Source: Paraspadella gotoi
Lineage: Eukaryota > Animalia > Chaetognatha
Direction of reading: 5' to 3'
Assembly: GCA_051294375.1 (NCBI GenBank)
Contig: CM119268.1
Span: forward strand, 9,739,296-9,803,295
DNA: 64,000 nt
A program made the translations under genes and the position numbers. Below the pieces are notes generated by a model, which was not told the DNA's origin, ran no database searches, and saw only the letters and a program-made list of their open reading frames with translations. Of the stretch, positions 38,608 through 64,000 are shown piece after piece. The number at the start of each line of letters is the position of its first letter. The stretch's first letter is position 1.

Positions 38608-39879
38608 TACAAGTTTTATTACATCTGCAATATTAACGTTTAAATAAACCTGAACTTTTTAAAATATTTAATATTTTTTTGGAATTAACACGGAAAAATA
38701 TTGAGTCTGAAGACGTTACGTACCCAAATCCAATTATGCTGTTAAGTCCAGACGACTATCTGCAACTCAGATGTTCTTTTGCCTCGGTCAAGAGAGATAT
38801 CGAATTTCGTCTCATAATCTGTCTCTCGCGTCTGTCTCTACGTCTTTTTCCGTCTACCCCCCCTGGGTCCTGGAGGGGTTTCTTAATTTTATTTTGGTAT
38901 CAAGACCAAAAAAAGATATGTCTTATGCTAATTATTATTCCCTCTTAAAGTTTAACTAAAATAAAAACATAACAAATGCAAAGATGTACCTGGAGGACTA
39001 GTTTTTTTCGACACAGCGTTTGATGTCAGTGGCGCTTCAATTCTCGCCGAGGACATGCGTCCTTTTACAACCATTAAAAACGTTGCCGCGGACGACGGAG
39101 AAAGTCATTAAAAATAGGTTTAACCGCACGCGAGTATTAATTGTTGTACGTCAGCTGGGAAGGCACTGAACTAGTTGTCGAGGAAAATAAATAAAGTGGG
39201 AGAGCGTGCGGATTACCCTCGTCACTCCGCCCCTAAGGCTAACCTCAGGCCGAGCACGCGAAGAAGCGAGGAAGCAGCAGCGAAGATGGGAATCGGAAAA
39301 GCTTGGCTTCTGCCTCCGGTCCGGTGCGGAGGACGGACGCCGTTCTTTTGTTGATTGAGTTCATCACCAACGGATGTGGCTAGACCTCTATCGACTATGT
39401 GCAGAGGCAAAGACGATATCCGCACTGCTATTATTAACTGATGGAAAAAAAGGACAACATTATAAATTTATCTAGAAATTGAAACTTTGTTTCATAACTC
39501 AATTTCATCATATTGAAAATATAATTGGAAATTAAACCAAAAAAATTGATACAAAGAAAATAATACAATTATGTATACATTCTAATTAGATCTACTAGAA
39601 CTATGTACTTTCTATTCTTAATTTTAATTAAATAGATTTAATTTTAATTTAACAAGATTTAGTTTATATACGTCTTAGTAAAATATAAATTTATTATTAT
39701 TAAGCGAACATATCGATGTATCTAAGACTAACTCACTAAGACTAATGTTAACAAAATAACATCTACTGTAATCATAGTGAAATTGCTTTTGTCGGATCGA
39801 CTTCACCCCAATCGCGAGAAATGCACGAGTCTTTCTGTTATCTCTGTAAGAATCGATCGGGGATGGGCGCTCACCGGCC

Positions 39880-39928
<49 letters not shown>

Positions 39929-40764
39929 TCGTGCGGCAGAAGAGCATCCCTCGAAGCTCCTTCGCCAGCATCGACCCACTGAACAACATCGCGCGCCGAT
40001 GGTTTTGCCCGATCGAACTGCTAAACAACAGCACAACAGCAAGACAACGAGATCCGTTTTTTGAAGGCCCCGTGTCGCGTCGATCCCACCGACTGCGGCG
40101 TCGCCGTCCTTTACAATTTTGAGCGCGACAAAAAAAACCAGAAAATTTTGGACTGAAGTCGCGACTCTTTGACGAAGCAGACGGACTTAAAGGACGATAA
40201 GAGTCAATGTGCGGCGAAAAAAAAAGTGACACATATGTGACGGTCGGGGGATAAATACTTGTTCGGAGGCCGGAGTCAATAACTAAAAACATGGCCGAAG
40301 AAACGGAAGACATCAGTTTCTTAAGAACCGTAAGTAGAAGAATGAAGATGGGTGATTCAGGCGTCAAGAATCCAGATGGTAAATAAATTTGATGTGTCAT
40401 ATGTAGAAATAACCGTACTTCTATGATTTCTGGAGTAATTTTATTAATTTACCAAAAAAATTTAAAAATTCAATTTTAAGATGAAAAAAAAATTAAAAAA
40501 AGATTTAAAATTCCAGGACATTGTGGATTTATTTTAAAAACTATATCGAAACGGCGTCCCCAACAGTATACTGTATATTAAGGCGGGCCAAAATTAAACA
40601 CTTTTTATAACTTTTAGTTTTCTCAAAAAAAATTCTTTTTTCTTTCTATTACTAAATCGATTTTAAATGCCACTTTTTTAATTAGTTTATTTGGTTGTTG
40701 CACTGACGCTTTTAAATATTTATTAATATATAACAAATAACAAATTTTTTAAAAAAAAATGTAT

Positions 40765-41020
40765 TTTTTAAGAACGGATTCCTATAGAGCTTGAAAAGTT
40801 AAATGAAGGTTAGTACTACAATTTTTTAAAATTTTGACAATAAATTGGTTAAAAATAAAAAAACCTTAAAAAATCATCATCATCATCATTTACTGAATTT
40901 TATAGTTTTTTAAGATTTTCATCAATAAAACAAAAAAATTTTAAAAATTTGTAGACATTGTTATTAATTTGTATTAATAACCTTTATCTAACTTTTAAAG
41001 CTCTATCAGAATCTATTAAA
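40765..41020. mobile_element. MITE-like imperfect palindrome of the same family
   Basis: gattcctatagagcttgaaaagttaaatgaaggttagtactacaa (~40777) is mirrored by ttgtattaataacctttatctaacttttaaagctctatcagaatc (~40969-41014). Confidence 0.55.
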
Positions 41021-42222
41021 AAAAAAATTAAATTTTATATAGTAATAAAATAATTTTTAAATGCTTACGTGCGCTAATTAATAAGAAAAATTTTTAAAAT
41101 TATTTTTATTTTCATATTCTCTAACAGTCTCTTAACCATTATTTATTTGAGAGAACTTCTAGTTTTCAACCTGTTCCGGCCTACCGTGTATTCTTACTCT
41201 AATTTTCAAACCCGCATCATCACTAACCGTTAACCGTATAAGTCGTTAGTCGTTACTAATTAAAAACTTTTTAACTGCGCCGCTTCGGTCTATCTGTAAT
41301 TTTAGTTAATACCGAGCAGACTTGTAAGTAACTGCATCTTGTGCATACGTCCACGAACAAAAGTTACAGCGGCGCAACGCCTTGATCTTGCCGGTTCTTG
41401 TTTTAGATGCATGAAGGTCGAAACTTTATGCGGCTATTATGCTGTAATTATAGTTTTCTTGATTTTTAACCGAATAACTTCTAAAATTTATCAATAATTC
41501 AATATTTAAATTGAGTGGCAACCTGTTGCCGCATCATTGGCCAATGGCCAATGGCCAAGTTGACCCTGGAAATCGCGCCGGTTTTTCTTATTACTCACAA
41601 TTTTTTCTTGTTCTTTTATTCAATTTGCTTTTTTCCCATACACCAGTTTTGTTTTGTTTTCTTCTATTTCCTCGACCTAGTTCCGTTTCCCTCCTATTCC
41701 CCCCCCCCCTGCTACGTTCCAGTCCTCTTCTTTCCGCTCAAAAGGAACTAAAAATCCGAGTATCAACGCTTTCTCCTTTTTCGTAACATAACAGTATCTC
41801 CCGGCTTCTCCTACTCCTCCTCCTTTTTCGTTACGCCCTCCTCTTCCTCTTCCTCCTCGGAACTCGTTCCTCCTTTTTCTTTCGCCGGTACCGTTTCATT
41901 CTATTTTTTTTCTTCCTCCAGTCGTTATATCCTCTCTCTTTTTTTTCGATGGGTCCGTACATCCCTCAAGGTAGGAAAGGTAGGGAAGGTAGGATCCTAC
42001 CTTTTCTTCTTGAGATTCTATTTTCTCTCGACTCGTTATTATTTTTCTCTTCTGTCTCTTATTCCTCTAAGAAATCCTCGTCTTCGGACATTTTTCTTAA
42101 TCTTTTCTTTTTATTTACTTACTTTTTATGTATATTTTCCCTCTTTTTTATTCTATTTTTTATTTTCTAAATTCCATCGTGTATTTCCGATAACTTTTTC
42201 TTTACGTACATACTTATTTTTC

Positions 42223-42226
<4 letters not shown>

Positions 42227-42318
<92 letters not shown>
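42227..42318. repeat. (CT)n microsatellite
   Basis: Direct reading. Other AG/CT tracts lie at ~39882-39925, 44128-44190, 49657-49755, 51960-52055 and 58121-58153. Confidence 0.95.
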
Positions 42319-42321
<3 letters not shown>

Positions 42322-42815
42322 TCTCTCGTCTGTATTCATCGCGTCTCCACTATTACCACAATGTTTTTCCTTTTACTTCGACTCGTCTTCTTTTGGACAC
42401 CACGACCAGGCTCGACCTATCTCTCTCTCTCCCTCAATCTCATCGACCTCTCTTCCTCCACCTCTTCTTTTCTATTCCAATGTCCTCTCTTCCTCCGCCT
42501 CGTCCTCTCTTTCTCCTCCTCGTCCTCTCTTCCTCCTTTGGGAATCTGGCTTCCCGCCGATAACCGTTTTTTTCTTTGCTCTTAATTTGTGGTAACGATT
42601 TTTTTTTTCTAATTCGAAGGATACGCGACCAATTATAAAATAACGCGGGAGAATGAAAACAAATTGTTGTCATTTTTGCGTTACGTTTTCTTCAGTTAAA
42701 TTAAGCTCGCACAACCTGCAAAATCTATATATCTCCTAAGAGTGGTGTGTTAAGCAAATGGGAGAAACGTAAAAACAAAGCGTTAATGAAAGAACCGTCT
42801 CTACCGCCCGTGCTG

Positions 42816-42859
<44 letters not shown>

Positions 42860-43391
42860 AGTCTCTCTCGTCCTTTTGTCTCCATTCTCTCTTATCTTTG
42901 TAGCCTCCATAGTATTAGCAGAAAATCTCATCGCAGAAAGGCTTAATCCCCAAGACTCTGGCTCTGGCTAAGACGGTAATATAATATTGGGAAGGCCATG
43001 AGCTGGGACGCTAACGACTTATGGTGCGAGGAGAGACAGAGTCGCGCACGCAGGAAACGAACATGACTCGTCGCTCTGTCGCCGTCGAAAGTGGTCCCCT
43101 TTTTTTTCTACGAAATTTCCCCGTGTGTTGGGTAGCGTCTCTCTCCGACTGGGGGGTCTGGACGTCCCACCAGGGTCAGCGGAATTAGTGCCGAAAGGGT
43201 CGAGCCTTAAATCGACTCGAGCTCAAGTCGAGAAGCGAAGGCTTACTTCGCGACCTTGAAGGCTCTTCAATCTCAACACCAAAGAAAAAAAAAATTATGA
43301 TTTCTTTTTTAAAAACTACTGAGTCGTGAAGGGTTAACGAAAAAGAACTTCGTGTGAAAAACAAAAGGACAAAAAATTACCTTTTTTAAAA

Positions 43392-63626
<20,235 letters not shown>

Positions 63627-63629
63627 GTG

Positions 63630-64000
63630 AGTAAGAGAGAGAAAGGAAGATCAAAAAGGAAAAGAACAAGGAAGGGAAAGCAGAAGAAAAATAAAGAAGA
63701 GGAAAGAAAAGAGAGATAAAGGAGATAGAGAAAAAAAAAGAAAAAAAAAAGAGAAGGGAAAGAAAGAAAGAGAAAGAAAGAAGGAAGAAAGCGAGATAGA
63801 AAAAAAAAAGAAGAAAGAAAAAAGAAAGAAAGAAAGAAAGAAAGAAAAGAAAGAAAGAAAAGAAAGAAGAAAGGGAGATAGAAAGAAAGAAGAATAAGAA
63901 AGAAAGGAAAGAAAAAAAAGAAAAAGGAAAGAAAGAAAAAAAGAAGAAAAAAGAAAGAAAGAAAGAAAGAAAGAAAGAAGAGAAAGAAAGAATCAGAAGT
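63630..64000. repeat. Purine-only low-complexity tract ((GAAA)n-like)
   Basis: Almost entirely A/G. A similar tract lies at 63195-63370. Confidence 0.9.

Noticed and set aside
39200-39430. Telomerase RNA, U3, RNase P/MRP or 7SK candidate (contains ctaacct and a closing stem)
   Set aside because: I could not build a convincing pseudoknot or find the conserved boxes. The 7-mer and the 8-bp stem are within chance, and the block has splice sites consistent with a UTR exon.

Overview
Eukaryotic (invertebrate metazoan-type) nuclear DNA with AT-rich spliceosomal introns. The left ~39 kb is compact and gene-dense: an RZ-family RGS gene (+) with a 2.1-kb foldback transposon and SINE/MITE insertions in its introns, then an intronless ABCC10/MRP7-like transporter (+). 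A run of minus-strand genes follows: Rac GTPase, an unknown coiled-coil gene, an MS4A-like membrane protein, maelstrom, an extended SYNJ2BP-like PDZ protein, a large unknown gene and an SLC16 transporter. The right ~21 kb holds the 5' end of a divergent ryanodine receptor (+). Its 15-kb intron contains a complete antisense ~19-exon gene for a signal peptide-TSP1 repeats-2xIg-TM surface protein. The most notable observations are a Rac gene with two duplicated CAAX-encoding last exons in a KRAS4A/4B-like cassette arrangement, the nested TSP1/Ig gene, the intronless ABCC gene and the long foldback element. All gene models were read by eye with no searches run, so exon boundaries marked ~ are approximate.
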